Assembly (NCBI GenBank): GCA_002633005.1
Contig: NMRA01000816.1
Span: forward strand, 8,531 to 72,530
Direction of reading: 5' to 3'
Length of the DNA stretch: 64,000 bases
From: Phoronis australis
Lineage: Eukaryota; Animalia; Phoronida
Part shown: one piece after another, positions 21,611-33,458 of the stretch
Layout of the letters: every line of letters starts with the position of its first letter
Numbering within the stretch: position 1 is the first letter of the stretch
Notes under the pieces: model-generated
The model's database searches: none
Told to the model about the DNA's origin: nothing
Seen by the model: the letters and a program-made list of their open reading frames with translations, nothing else
Program-made: the position numbers and the translations under genes

Positions 21611-24600
21611 ATGGAAGAAGATGAGAATGCGTCACCTTCCCGAAAGAGGAAGCGAGAATCGCCAGCATTAGAAGTATTTTTATGCATGATGCTATCGCTA
21701 TAACTTGGTTACTGTATGGTTCCTTCGGATTCTAATCCCAGAGACAGCCAGTTTCAGACTACTCAGATTCACCGTCACCGAGTCCATCGTTTCTACTTTC
21801 TAGCTCTCGGTAGTAGAGACGATGAAGTTCCTATAGGTGCTTCATACGCCGGAAGCTTTTCGTCGAATTATGCCTCATACTGATTAAAACATCAAAGTCA
21901 CGTTCTCATAAACACGTTTTGCGCTTAAGTTATGAGGCCGCCGACGTTTTTTACTTTCTTCCAAATCCACGAAAAGTCAAAAACCCGTTATCAAACTTTT
22001 TCTTCGAGTAGTCCCAGTTCATTCAGTTCCCAAAATCGGTAAATCACCATTTTCAACACTACGCCCAGCAGGTGGCGTGCACAGTGTTAAAAATAGCGAT
22101 CGAGTTACTGATTTGGGGAACTAAATGAGTGATTGCTCGAAGAAAAATTTTAACAACGGGAATATTTGTTCGAGTTGGAAGGAATTAAAAACATTGACGA
22201 CGTCCAAAGGTGACGCTCTTTGCACAAAACGTATTTATAAGAATGTGACCGTGATGTTTTGGTCAGTGCGAGGCATAATTCACCGAAAAGCTTCTGGTGT
22301 ATGAAGCGCCTATATATAGGAGCTTCATCGTCTCTGCTCGGCCGAGAGCTGGAGACGATGGCCATTGTCTAGGAGACCGAGAGACTGATAATGAAACTAA
22401 AAGCTCTAACACTGTCATATCCAACTAGCTGTATGAAGACTGAAGTCAAAATACAGCTAGGAACTGCTACTTGTTTGAATATAATGTGGGCAAAGTCCAG
22501 CTGTGTGTTGAGCTCCGACAGGCCTCGAAATTGCACACAGCCCAGGTAGTTCTGCTCGTCACCCAGCCGTGACCGGCAGGGGTGCATGCAATACCTGGGA
22601 ATCTATCGTCACTCACCTTGCCTGTGTCAGGCATTTAAGTGAAAAACAATCTAATTAACGTCATTTTCCTACGTAATTCTCTGCCTTTTGTAACAAAGAA
22701 AAATATGTTGTCGTTTTGAAAACAGTGGACTTATGACACACGCATGCATAGTTTCCTAAATTTTTGCGACATGTCTCAGAAGATGATGACAACTTCGCAG
22801 CAGCAAAATTTGTTCTGTGCTGGTATCAAAATTCTAAAAACTTATAATGAAGTGTAACCAGTTCTGATAATTGATAATTTGTTGTGACGTGTACGCAAAC
22901 TCGTGAAAGAACGAAAGTTGATTGAAGAATCAGCGAAAAAAACCTGGCCAATAGGTGACGCAATATTTCATGGTGCTGAAAGCTGACACCCAAAATCGCA
23001 CCACAATTTTAGCAGCAGAATAATGGTAGAACGCCAATTTTTCCAACATCGGTAAATAAGTTGGTTTACTCAAGAAAGAATGTAGTTTTTAGTGACACTA
23101 ATTTTGTGACAGATTATATTAGCCCATGTTTTACCCACATGTATTTAATAGTAGCTTTGCGCCAAGACTAATTGTGTAGACAGTGACCACCGTCTCTAGC
23201 TGGCCTGAACCAGGGGCAGTGAAGCTCCAGCTGGCATACGGAATGTTAAAAATGGCCAGTTGTCGATTTTGGAAACTGAATGAAGGACTGCTCGAAGAAA
23301 AAAAAATTGATTAGGGGAGTAGTTGTTCAAGTTGGAAGGAATTAAAAACACTGACAGCCTCCTAAGGCAATTCTTTATGCAGGAAAGGTATTAATAACAA
23401 TGTGACTTTGATGTTTTAATCAGTGTGAGGCATAATTTGCAGCAAAACTTCTTGCATAGGAAGTGCCTATTTGAGCTTCACCGTCATTGGTTCGAGCCAG
23501 CTAGGGACGGTGGTCTCAGTCTAGTGTAGACAGTGTCACAATATCGATTGGTTCTAGTAGGCAGTGGGCGGTTTGTACACCAGAAGCTTTTCTGCGAGTT
23601 ATGCCTCGCGCTAATTAATACATCAAAGTCACGTTGCTATAAGCACCTTTTGCGCATAAAGGGGCACCGTAGGAGGCTGTCAATGTCTTTAATTCCTTCC
23701 AATGCAAACTAAAACTCCCGTAATCAAACTTTTTTTCGTGCAGTCCTTCATTCTGTTGCCCATATTGGCAACTGGCAATTTTCCTACTCCCAAATTCCAG
23801 GCTCAATCCAGAATCAAGAGAAATCAATTTTTGCAGTAGTTTCTGTGTTCCAAATTCTACCGGAGAGACAGTCTTAAAGAAGAGAATATTTACCGAACCA
23901 TGTGTTTAGCGAGAATGATTAAAACATAACGCAGATGGTTTCTTTTCATTCGTAGGAGACATAAGTTTAGTAGCCTGAAAAATGTATCTACAAACGCGCC
24001 ACATTCGTCATATTATGGATTCTGGTTTTCGCAGAATTCTCCTAGTGTACGACGCAAGTCACTACGCCAAGAAGGGAAACGTCGGTCCAGTTTTGTACGT
24101 GGCAGAATCAGCAGACAACTTCAGTTGCCAGACGATTCAGGTACCGTGGTCTGTTTCATGAAAAGTTAATCAAGACTGCAGACAGAAATTTGTTCTTGCT
24201 CTCTCACTTCACAAGTAAATAGCAATGGTCTAGAAATAATTTGTTGAATGTTATCCTAGTAACTATTAGTTATGTGTTCATGTATGTTCTAATATAGAAT
24301 ATAGTATCCTTTAGAGGATTTGGATCGGTTCTTTTAGTTTCAGATTTATTTTCCACGTTATATGTTCTTTACGCTTGTGCTCTTGAGTGAGATTTAGTTA
24401 TTTTTCTGAGTGGTTGTGTGGAGGCTAAGTCAGTAATCATGATACAGACCTGTGATTTGACAAGGAGTTTACTGTTAGTGTAGGGAGCATGAGACATGTC
24501 CGTAAGGACAAACGTACTGTTCACATAGCACATCGTCATTGGAAAGGGTATTGAAAGGGGTTTTGGGAAACACGATGGTGAAAGGGGGTTCTGGTGATGT

Positions 24601-27600
24601 GATCTGTTCTAGTTGAAGTTTAAGGATACAAAACAAGAAGTGGTTACGACACACCCCTAGCAACATCAATTGGAGACAAACAATTTTGATTTATTTGACA
24701 CAGATGATGTATTGTGGTTGCCTGTTCACTTATGCTAACACTGGTAACCGAACTGGTAAAATTCTGCTAAAACAACCTTTTAAAAATCTTAAGCTCTGCC
24801 ACTGCATCTGAGAACCATAATGTTTTTCTAGAACAATTTTTGATCAAATGATTTCCCACAGAGATAGTGGTGAGAGTTAGAACCAAGATGACAAAGTCTC
24901 CAGGACAATGGTTTTAATATTGGTGGTGGGGTGTTAAGCAGTCTTGACAAGGGAAGGGGGCAACTTTGAAATTTTGGATGATGTAATATTTGAATGGTCC
25001 CAAAGGGAGCCTTCCCTACTGGCTGCGTACAGGAAATTTCCCCCAAATAACTTGTTATCACATCCAAAGTAGATTTGTTATTAACGCTTTTGAAAACCTT
25101 TGTCAGCAGGGATGAATGTCATGGGAAAATTTTCCAAACTCACAGCTAGTCAGGAAAGCAAGTGTCTTTGAAAGTCTACAGAACTGATGTTAACTCTGAC
25201 TAGAATATGACGTTAGGGACTTATAATTGTTTTTTATCATAAGCTGTTGAGTTTGTGTATAAACAACCGTTTATTATTGTTTTACCATTGGTCTTGCAAT
25301 TGTAACTTTAAAGGACAACTCTAATACTGTGGTGAATGCTTGTTTTTTAATGCAGTTATATATTTCTTTCTCAGATTTTAGTTGGGACATCCCTAAAGAT
25401 CTTGCCGAAGATGAACGTCTTGGACAACTTGTCAAACTCTGTGCTCAGGTATTGCATTCATCGTTATCATGCTGAAAATTTATAACGAAGAGTCTGGCTG
25501 TGTCACTGTTTGAAATCATTTTAGCAACTAGATGTTGCAGAAGGTTGGAAAAATTCAGCTGTGGCCGACGAAACATTGCTCTCAATTCTTAAGTAAGTCC
25601 AGGATAGACTTATTTTTTCCACATATTGTGCTAGAGTAATATTTCAGAATGTGTGTTATAATATGTCTAGTTGATTTCATATCTCGAAGTTTTGCATTCA
25701 GCAAGTACGCAACTGATGGTCTATATTAACTTTCAGTATACCATACAGAAACTCGGGCAAGAATTTCCAGACCTGGAAAACTTTGATGGATTCAGAATCC
25801 AACGTAAGTAAAATTTTCGCGCCATGGTCATGTTTCTGGCACCTGGTCTGGCCTAGAGGGAAATAAAGGTGGGTAAAGGAAATTTGCCTCCCTCATGCTC
25901 TGCCTTAGGGAGACTTAGTTTTTCCCTGACTGTGACTTTACTTAATTTTCGTGTATGAACAGTGTAAACGCGTGAATACCTGATCTGGTCTTGTGTAAGG
26001 TTGTGTGGGATCCTAGAAAATGTCTAAATCTGGCTAACTTTGAAATATCACATCTTGGGTATGACTTACTGGATTCAGATGAAGCTTTCAGGTACTATTC
26101 TTTTTACAGTGTTATTCAAAATGCTGTTAAGAATTGTCTTTACAATGTTCAAATTTTTGCATAAAGAACAAAAAAAATAGGACTTTTATGATTATCTTTT
26201 TCATGAAAAAAAATTACCAAATGAAAACAAAATGATATTTTAGGTTAATGTGAGAGCATTTTTGAGGTGTGATCCTGAAAATTTATATGAAATGAAAGTT
26301 AACTAGTGTTATTGGTACCATTGTTTTGCAATTAATGTACCTTAGTTTCCTTTTTCATCGCAAAATTTCAATAAAAAGATAATGTGACCCTATTATATGG
26401 TAAATATCAAATTCTACACACTTTCTATTTTCAGAAAATTATATTCTTTAACTGGGTTAAAATCAATATTTTTGGACACTCAACAAAATACGCAAACTCA
26501 TCATTAAGGTCGCACATAAACTTGTCAAATTATAATCAGGTCACGTACATGGCTGTCCTTTTTAAACTTGTCTCAAAATCACTGGCCATTGGTGAATTTG
26601 TATCACGCCAGACTTTGTGTAGTGTTTATGATTGTTTTACCCCATTTGTTTCCTGTTTCAGTGACAGATGTTGTGGATAAGACAGTCTCGTCTGCTGCCA
26701 GTCAAGGTCTACTGAAGATGGCTTGTTTCAAGGACAAGTAAATAGAATATTTCTGTATGCAGTGAGGTTAACATACGGAGCATTGAAAATCAAGATCTTT
26801 AAAAGTCGTTGGGCATTAAATTGAGTACAACGGGAGACAGGGATTTGATTGTGGAATTTTGAAAATTTGGGTATGGAGAAATACCGTGATCAAAGAATTT
26901 GTATGCTTTCATGTCTGTGAAATTTGCTGTGCCTAGCGAGATGTCTCAATAGCTCAGTTAATTGACCTCCAGGAAGGTAAATTATGTTTTGTTCCTGCTG
27001 AGGCAGTTAAAATTTTAACCCTCATCGGTTTTTCATTAGTCCTAATTGAGCAATTTTGTGGAGAGTCCGTGTTTATCGACCAAGACATGTCATGATGAAA
27101 GTCGATCAGACTGTGGTTACATTATGAGAATGGGTTGGTCATTTGCGCCAATTCCTTTTTTCAACTGGATCATTTGTGTAATCTTGTTTTTGAGGCGTCA
27201 ACCTGTAAGGACAATACTCTAAATATCTTTATTTTACCTCTTAGTCTAGAAGAGCTTATTTCATGTTGACAGTATCGAAATCATTTAATTCGTGTTGTGT
27301 TGGTTTGTATGCCAGGTACTTACCCAATCCTGTCAATGTAGAGGTGGAAAACACTGCAGCCCAGTATGAAGAATACATTCAAAGGTGAGGGAGCCTGAGT
27401 GTTGAACAATTGTTCACAATCTGTGTGTGAAAATATTTGATTAAAAGCGTTTTGTTAACTTTGGAATATCATGTCTCAGAAATGGCAGATTTGATTCAGA
27501 TTCACTTGTTTGTATACTTTGAGCTGTATACTGTTCACAGTTATCCAAAAAGGTAATTTTTATGCGCCCACATATTTATATGTGGACGCATTATGCCGTC

Positions 27601-30600
27601 ATCTCTGTCCGTCCGTCCGTCCGGGCGACGTCCGTCCGGCGTCCGCTGCTCTATCTCCAAAACCCTTTGACATACGTTCATGAAATTTGGCACATATGTT
27701 CCATTCATGAATGGGACGGCATGTGCGAACTTTTGGACGGATCCGACTACCGGTGTGCCCCCTAGTGGCAATTTTAGTTTTTTACGCTTACCTTTGTATC
27801 TTCAAAAGTCCTGAACGGATTTTCATGAAATTTGGTATGTAGGCACNATTTGTATGCTTTCATGTCTGTGAAATTTGCTGTGCCTAGCGAGATGTCTCAA
27901 TAGCTCAGTTAATTGACCTCCAGGAAGGTAAATTATTATGTTTTGTTCCTGCTGAGGTAGTTAAAATTTTAACCCTCATCGGTTTTTCATTAGTCCTAAA
28001 GAGCAATTTTGTGGAGAGTCCGTGTTTATCGACCAAGACGTATGTCATGATGAAAGTCGATCAGACTGTGGTTACATTACGAGAATGGGTTGGTCAGTTG
28101 CGCCAATTCCTTTTTTCAACTGGATCATTTGTGTAATCTTGTTTTTGAGGCGTCAACCTGTAAGGACAATACTCTAGATATCTTTATTTTACCTCTTAGT
28201 CTAGAAGATCTTATTTCATGTTGACAGTATCGAAATCATTTAATTCGTGTTGTGTTGGTTTGTTTGCCAGGTACTTACCCAATCCTGTCAATGTAGAGGT
28301 GGAAAACACTGCAGCCCAGTATGAAGAATACATTCAAAGGTGAGGGTGCCTGAGTGTTGAACAATTATTCACAATATGTGTGTGAAAATATTTGATTAAA
28401 AGCATTTTGTTAACTTTGGAATATCATGTCTCAGAAATGGCAGATTTGATTCAGATTCACTTGTTTGTATACTTTGAGCTGTATACTGTTCACAGTTATC
28501 CAAAACGTTAATTTTAATTGTTTTAAAGGTGTTAAACTTTTGCAGAGAAACGTAGTATCAAAAAGTTGAACTATGAAAATATCAAAGTTGTATTATGCGA
28601 TAATAAAAAATAATTCCGAAAACTATACCACGTTTTCTCCTGTGCAGGCAGATCAGTCAAAAAAGTCTACACGCTTTCTACTTCCTGTAAATTTGTATTT
28701 TTCTGGATTAAATTTTACTTGGCTCACTGCGAAGTTGTTGTGACGCCTGCCCTGCCCATGTGATCCTGGAAGTGTGTCTGTGTCTGTGGGTGTATATATT
28801 CCGTTTTGACAAGTAACTACATTGTCACTATGTTTGCATCCTTTGTAGCATGGAACATCAGAACGCTGAACTCGATATCCCATTTTACAAAATATAAAAA
28901 TATCACGTTAAATGGCTATTTAGAGTCATGCGAGTGGTCACTCTGTAAACTAATCCTTAGTACTCATCGGCGGTTGAAAAAGGATGAAAACATTGTTTTA
29001 ATAGAGAATTGATGTTCTTATTTTGTTTTACAGTATGATTAAAAACAAATGATGGGAAACACCTCCTTTTCCTATCTCCTACCTGGAAGATTTCTCTGCA
29101 GTCATGATGGTAGTCTTTCATTGTGACTATGACTGTTTTAAATATTATATTTGGTGTGGTTGAAAATGTTTCTCTTTGGCTTTCAGACAGCTTTAAGTAT
29201 CCAGAATCGTTCGAAAGCATAAAACATTTTGTCTTCTTTGTACATGTAACGGCTTTGTATTTACTTAATTGAAAAATCTTATCTTTTTGTGATCTTGGTG
29301 AGCAAATAATTTGATGTATTGCGTTGTTGCTGACTTATATAACTTCAGCTTATTATTCAGAAAAGTCGAACTAATTAAACTATCAATTTACAGGCTTGAG
29401 AAGGAGAGCTCGTCCTGGGAAACTCTAGTCAGTTCACATGAAGAGGAATCCAAAACAGCGACATTGTAAGTTACGAAAAAGATAATTACAAACACCTGAT
29501 GGAAGATTAATGTAGTGAGAAAACTTCCTCATAATCCAGTCTTAAATTGTGTTGGGAAACTAAAGTCTCTGAATGGGCCTCAAATTCAGCCAACAGTTTC
29601 AATTTGAGGCTAAATCCATGATCTTTTTGTCTTGTATTAGGACTCGCAGGATCATCTATAACCACGGTTCATAGAGTTGATAAAACATGAACCAGACAAC
29701 AAAGACATGATTACGATCACCCAATTTCTCATAAGGAATTCATTTTCCAAGGACAAAATGTTTGAAAAATCACCTGTTGTCGCAAAGATACTGGTGTAAC
29801 TAATATCTTTGGTTGTAGTCAGTTCAGTTTAGCCAGTGTTTTATTCCTGTGAAGTTACCTCCATTGTGGTTTTTGATTTGCTCCACACAAAATGACTTTA
29901 CATCAGAGCTCCTGGTATACAGGCTTCTTGCTGACAGCAACTCTTGTAGAAATCTATTGACAAAGTACAAGGTGCCTTGAAGGAATGCTGAAGATATCTA
30001 CTGTCAAAGGGTTTATATAATGACAAGCCATGTTGTGGAAGTTAGTGCGTGGCTATGTTTCATCAAGTGTTTGCGACGTTTTTCAGGCAAGCCCGGAGTG
30101 TTGACGACCAGCCTCTCTCTGACATCAAGTTGTCTCGAGAACACTCCAAACTACTCCTCTCCAGTACCGACTTGAATAAGCTTCGGAAGGAGATTGAGAA
30201 AATTGAAATGAAAACTGAACTGCAGGTTAGTCAAAAATGGGACACGCTTTGAACCCAAACACGTTGGACCTTTTATTTGTGAAATGGCCTATCGCCGGGA
30301 TTTTGAGTGACAGCTTAACTGACCAATCAGAACCCAGAATTGTTGACACACCTTTATTTGGGAAATTAAAACAGGAGCTTGACATTTAACTGACCTTTGC
30401 TTGACCTTGACTTTATATCAAATCAAATTTGGTCGTTTATTGACACCGTTGTTTTCCACGTGACTTAATTTCCTGTTAAATTTTACTGAAGACATGGCCA
30501 TGTGACCCAACTAGTGGTAGAATGGTAAAATTCAAAAATGAAATTCCGTAGGTTTGTCTTCTTTCAGAAAATATACTTTTACTTAGTTTTAACTCTGCAA

Positions 30601-31926
30601 TAGTATAATATTGAATATAACTTTTGAAAATCTATAGTTTTTAGATATTTGGCTGAAACATGGAATTATTGATAAGGTCCTAGTTAACCTTTACCATGGA
30701 GAAGCATAGCAATGGAAAAGAGTTGTTTCTGAAGGCTCATTTACTTTCTCTTGCGAGATTTCCCTTTTTGAAAAGCGGAGTAAATTTTACTAATATGTTC
30801 ACTTATATATGTTAATTCAATTCAGTTGGATGCACTGCAGACAGTTACAGACACACTACACAAGTACAGCGAAGCTGTCAGTGACTTTGTCTCTCAGCAG
30901 TCTAAGAACTTGCGTAAGTATTTTCTGTGCATGTATTGTAATCAGTGTGTGACTGGACTGGATCTAATTATTCAGCTTGTGTTTACCAGGATTCATCTAT
31001 TTTGTTCCTTTTATAACAAGTTGTGTAGGAAGCGATCATATATTATGTCATCACTCGGGGGGGGGGGGGNAAGTGAGGGGTTAAGACTCATTGTGATGTA
31101 ATCATGTGATTGATTAGAGTAGGGTACATACCATTGGGAAACTGATTCACATTCTAGGCGAGCTGAGTAATTACAAAACCGGAATTCCCCTTTCACTCTT
31201 CCAAGATTTGAACGTATTTCACAAGGCTTACCCTATAAACATATGTACACAAATGACAAACGCTCTCATTGTCTAAGCACGGGGTGTCTGCGATAACATA
31301 GCGACTGGACAGGGGGAGCAATAACAAGACAAGTGATGCAAAAGGGGGAAGGGGGCAAAAAGTAGCGATAATGTAATATGTGAGCGCTCCCTATATCTTA
31401 CTACTTGTGTTCATGCCACAAGAGGTCACTAACCATTTCTCTGTGCCAATTCACAATCATATAATTACATGCTGGCTGTTGTGAGATTTCTTGATTGTGA
31501 TTGTTGAGAAGAGTGATTCGTTATTACAGTAGGTGTATATTAGGAGGGGAAAAATGAGAGTTTGGTAGCGCTTAGAGGAAGCTCAGCGTTTTTAAGCTTT
31601 AAAAAGAAACGTGCAATGACATGTGCACTTGCAGAGCCTGGCCGCAAGCACTAATGAACTGTTAGTTCCTATTAACACCACGGCTGCTCTCTAATCTAAT
31701 TAAGTTAAAACCATAGTTATATAGGAAGTGCCTTAAATAAGAATATTATTTTCTTGGTGGCAGGCGAGTTGATAGCCACTTTAAATGTCCCGTTTCAGGC
31801 GTTAAATCGTTTGAAGGCATGGAGAAATTCTCAGATCCGCGGAAACTCATTACAAACATTATCGGAGGAGAGACTTCGCAGACGGGCGAGAGCAGTCCCA
31901 CTGTGAAAGCAAAATCAGGAGTTTGA
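21611..31926 (+). CDS. DSN1: Kinetochore-associated protein DSN1 homolog (Mis12 complex), about 293 aa, 10 coding exons
   Basis: Exons 21611-21673, 24035-24140, 25375-25448, 25737-25803, 26662-26737, 27316-27384 (duplicate at 28271-28339), 29394-29465, 30087-30225, 30826-30913, 31799-31926; phases consistent. Basic RRKS...KRRSS motif, IPKDLAEDERLGQL, YTIQKL, PNPVN...YIQRLEKESSSWETL and C-terminal SF...DPRKLI are typical of Dsn1. The N-terminal exon structure is less certain. Confidence 0.85.
21770..22371. mobile_element. Two degenerate copies (opposite orientation) of an Academ-like MITE family
   Basis: They share ggaagcttt...ttatgcctc...aaaacatcaaagtcacgtt with 23177-23523, 23527-23800 and 35963-36135. 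The terminus gacgatggccattgtcta ends at 22371. Confidence 0.6.
23177..23523. mobile_element. Academ-like MITE with TAG...CTA ends and 3-bp TSD
   Basis: TIR tagacagtgaccaccgtctctagctggc / gccagctagggacggtggtctcagtcta; gtg on both sides (23174-23176, 23524-23526). A second family member starts immediately at 23527. Confidence 0.7.
26897..28517. other. Probable uncollapsed haplotype duplication around N27847
   Basis: 26897-27556 is nearly identical to 27848-28517, with scattered SNPs and indels; the second copy begins right after the N. Confidence 0.8.
27557..27846 (+). mobile_element. Helentron-associated non-autonomous element (HINE/DINE-like), truncated at N gap
   Basis: Starts in a T-run, then subterminal hairpin tgcgcccacat...atgtggacgca, a (gtcc)n microsatellite and repeated ttcatgaaatttgg units. 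It is absent from the duplicate copy of the locus at about 28510. Confidence 0.75.
31027..31392. mobile_element. PIF/Harbinger-like MITE
   Basis: aggaagcgatcatatattatgtcatc / gataatgtaatatgtgagcgctccct imperfect TIRs; contains N31070 after a G-run. Confidence 0.55.
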
Positions 31927-32074
31927 ATTGTGGAGATGAGCGGTGACATCTGTTGATAGTCGTCAGGAACAGTATGGAAGAGAGACCATACAAGTGTCCG
32001 TCTGCTTTACTCAAGACACAAGACCTGGAATTTGTGCTGCAGTTGTGATGTTGAATGAGTGTATAAATGTGCTG

Positions 32075-32342
32075 CAGTGACACTTATAGCCAGATGAAGT
32101 TTAAATTATGTTGCAGTGACACCTATAGTTGGATGTGCTGTTTAAATGTGCAGTTAAATGTGTTCCAGTTACACCTGGCTTCATGTGCATGCTAATAATG
32201 CTGACCAGTGACACCTATAGTCTCATGAGCACGTTAATGTTAACTGTGACACCTAGTCTCCTGTGCATGTTATTGTCCTCCAGTGACACGTATAGTCCCA
32301 TTTGCACTTTAATACTGTGTATGCTTCAGTGACACCTATAGT
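32075..32342 (+). repeat. Degenerate tandem array with conserved core CAGTGACACCTATAGT (7 copies)
   Basis: The core recurs every 33-52 bp or so, with more divergent intervening sequence, just 3' of the DSN1 stop. Confidence 0.75.
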
Positions 32343-33458
32343 CAGACATTCATACTGAACCAAAGTACTGGGGAAACCACGGGGATATGACAATGTCAAT
32401 AATTACTTTGTGGAACAATAGGTAGCGTTGGTATCCAGGCTGGACAGGGATTGTAGGGAAGCTTGGATCCTCCATCTGTTTGTTCACTGTAAAAACTGTC
32501 TCTGCTAGAGTGTGAAGTGGGAATCCAGTGTGCTTGTGAGAACAAATTTTTGATGAAATTATGGCTCATGCTTCTAATGCAACTGCTAAGGCTAACGGTT
32601 ACAAGTTGAATGCACACACGCACTGAGTTTTCAGCTGGCACTGTATGGCTCAAGCGTTTGGATTTTAACGAGAAAGGTTGTTCCATTCATACCAGAAACT
32701 GTTATATTCACGACATTAACTGGGGTAGGAAAATACAGTGCAGATTAACAATCCAGAGACTGAACTCAGAACTACTTTGTCCTATTGCTTTCAAACACCA
32801 GTGCTTGCTATGGCAACCTGTAATTCACCAAATGAATGTGACTTCAGATTTTGTTTGGTGACATGGTAAAAATTTCAGTTCTCCACCCACACATCTGAAC
32901 ATTGGTGCAAAATACTGCAGTAAGTTACCAAGTAAACTATAGTCTCCTAATTTTCTCTGTTTGACTAGAAAAAAAAAGGCTGCATGGGTCATATCAAGTT
33001 TGCAGCTTCTCTAATTCAGATAATCCACTTTTGACTAGTCAATAATGCATCTATTGTTAGGGGCCATAACCCCCCCCCCCATATGGGGTTTCCTTGTTAT
33101 GGGGAGCTCGCATTTGGCAAGAGGACATGCCTTGCGTAGAGTCCTGCACCGTATTGTTTCCAGTATGGACATTGACCAATCGGCTGCGACACACAGTACA
33201 TCCAGACATTTTATTTGATCGCCAGAGTATGGCCACCAGTTGTCAGTCTCACTTAGTTTACACCTTGTCTCTTATCACTGGCTCTCCTTCTTACAGTGTC
33301 TCTAAGTGTTTGTGTGTATGTGTGTTCAGCCACAGGACTTGACTGTCCAGACACTTTTTTCCTCCCTCGAATAACAGTTAATTTCCCAGTACGTGATAGA
33401 CATGATCTACGAGTCAATGTACATTTTAAACAAATATATACATATATATGAAATCCAG

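Noticed and set aside
22752-23990. Extra DSN1 N-terminal exons (22752-22822, 23837 onward, 23956 onward)
   Set aside because: No convincing Dsn1-like peptide; exon 1 already joins 24035 in phase.
27090-27200. C/D snoRNA candidate (ATGATGA)
   Set aside because: No properly placed D box or terminal stem.
32075-32342. CRISPR-like repeat-spacer appearance
   Set aside because: Animal genome with no cas genes; the core is only 16 bp and the spacers resemble each other, so it is a decayed minisatellite.
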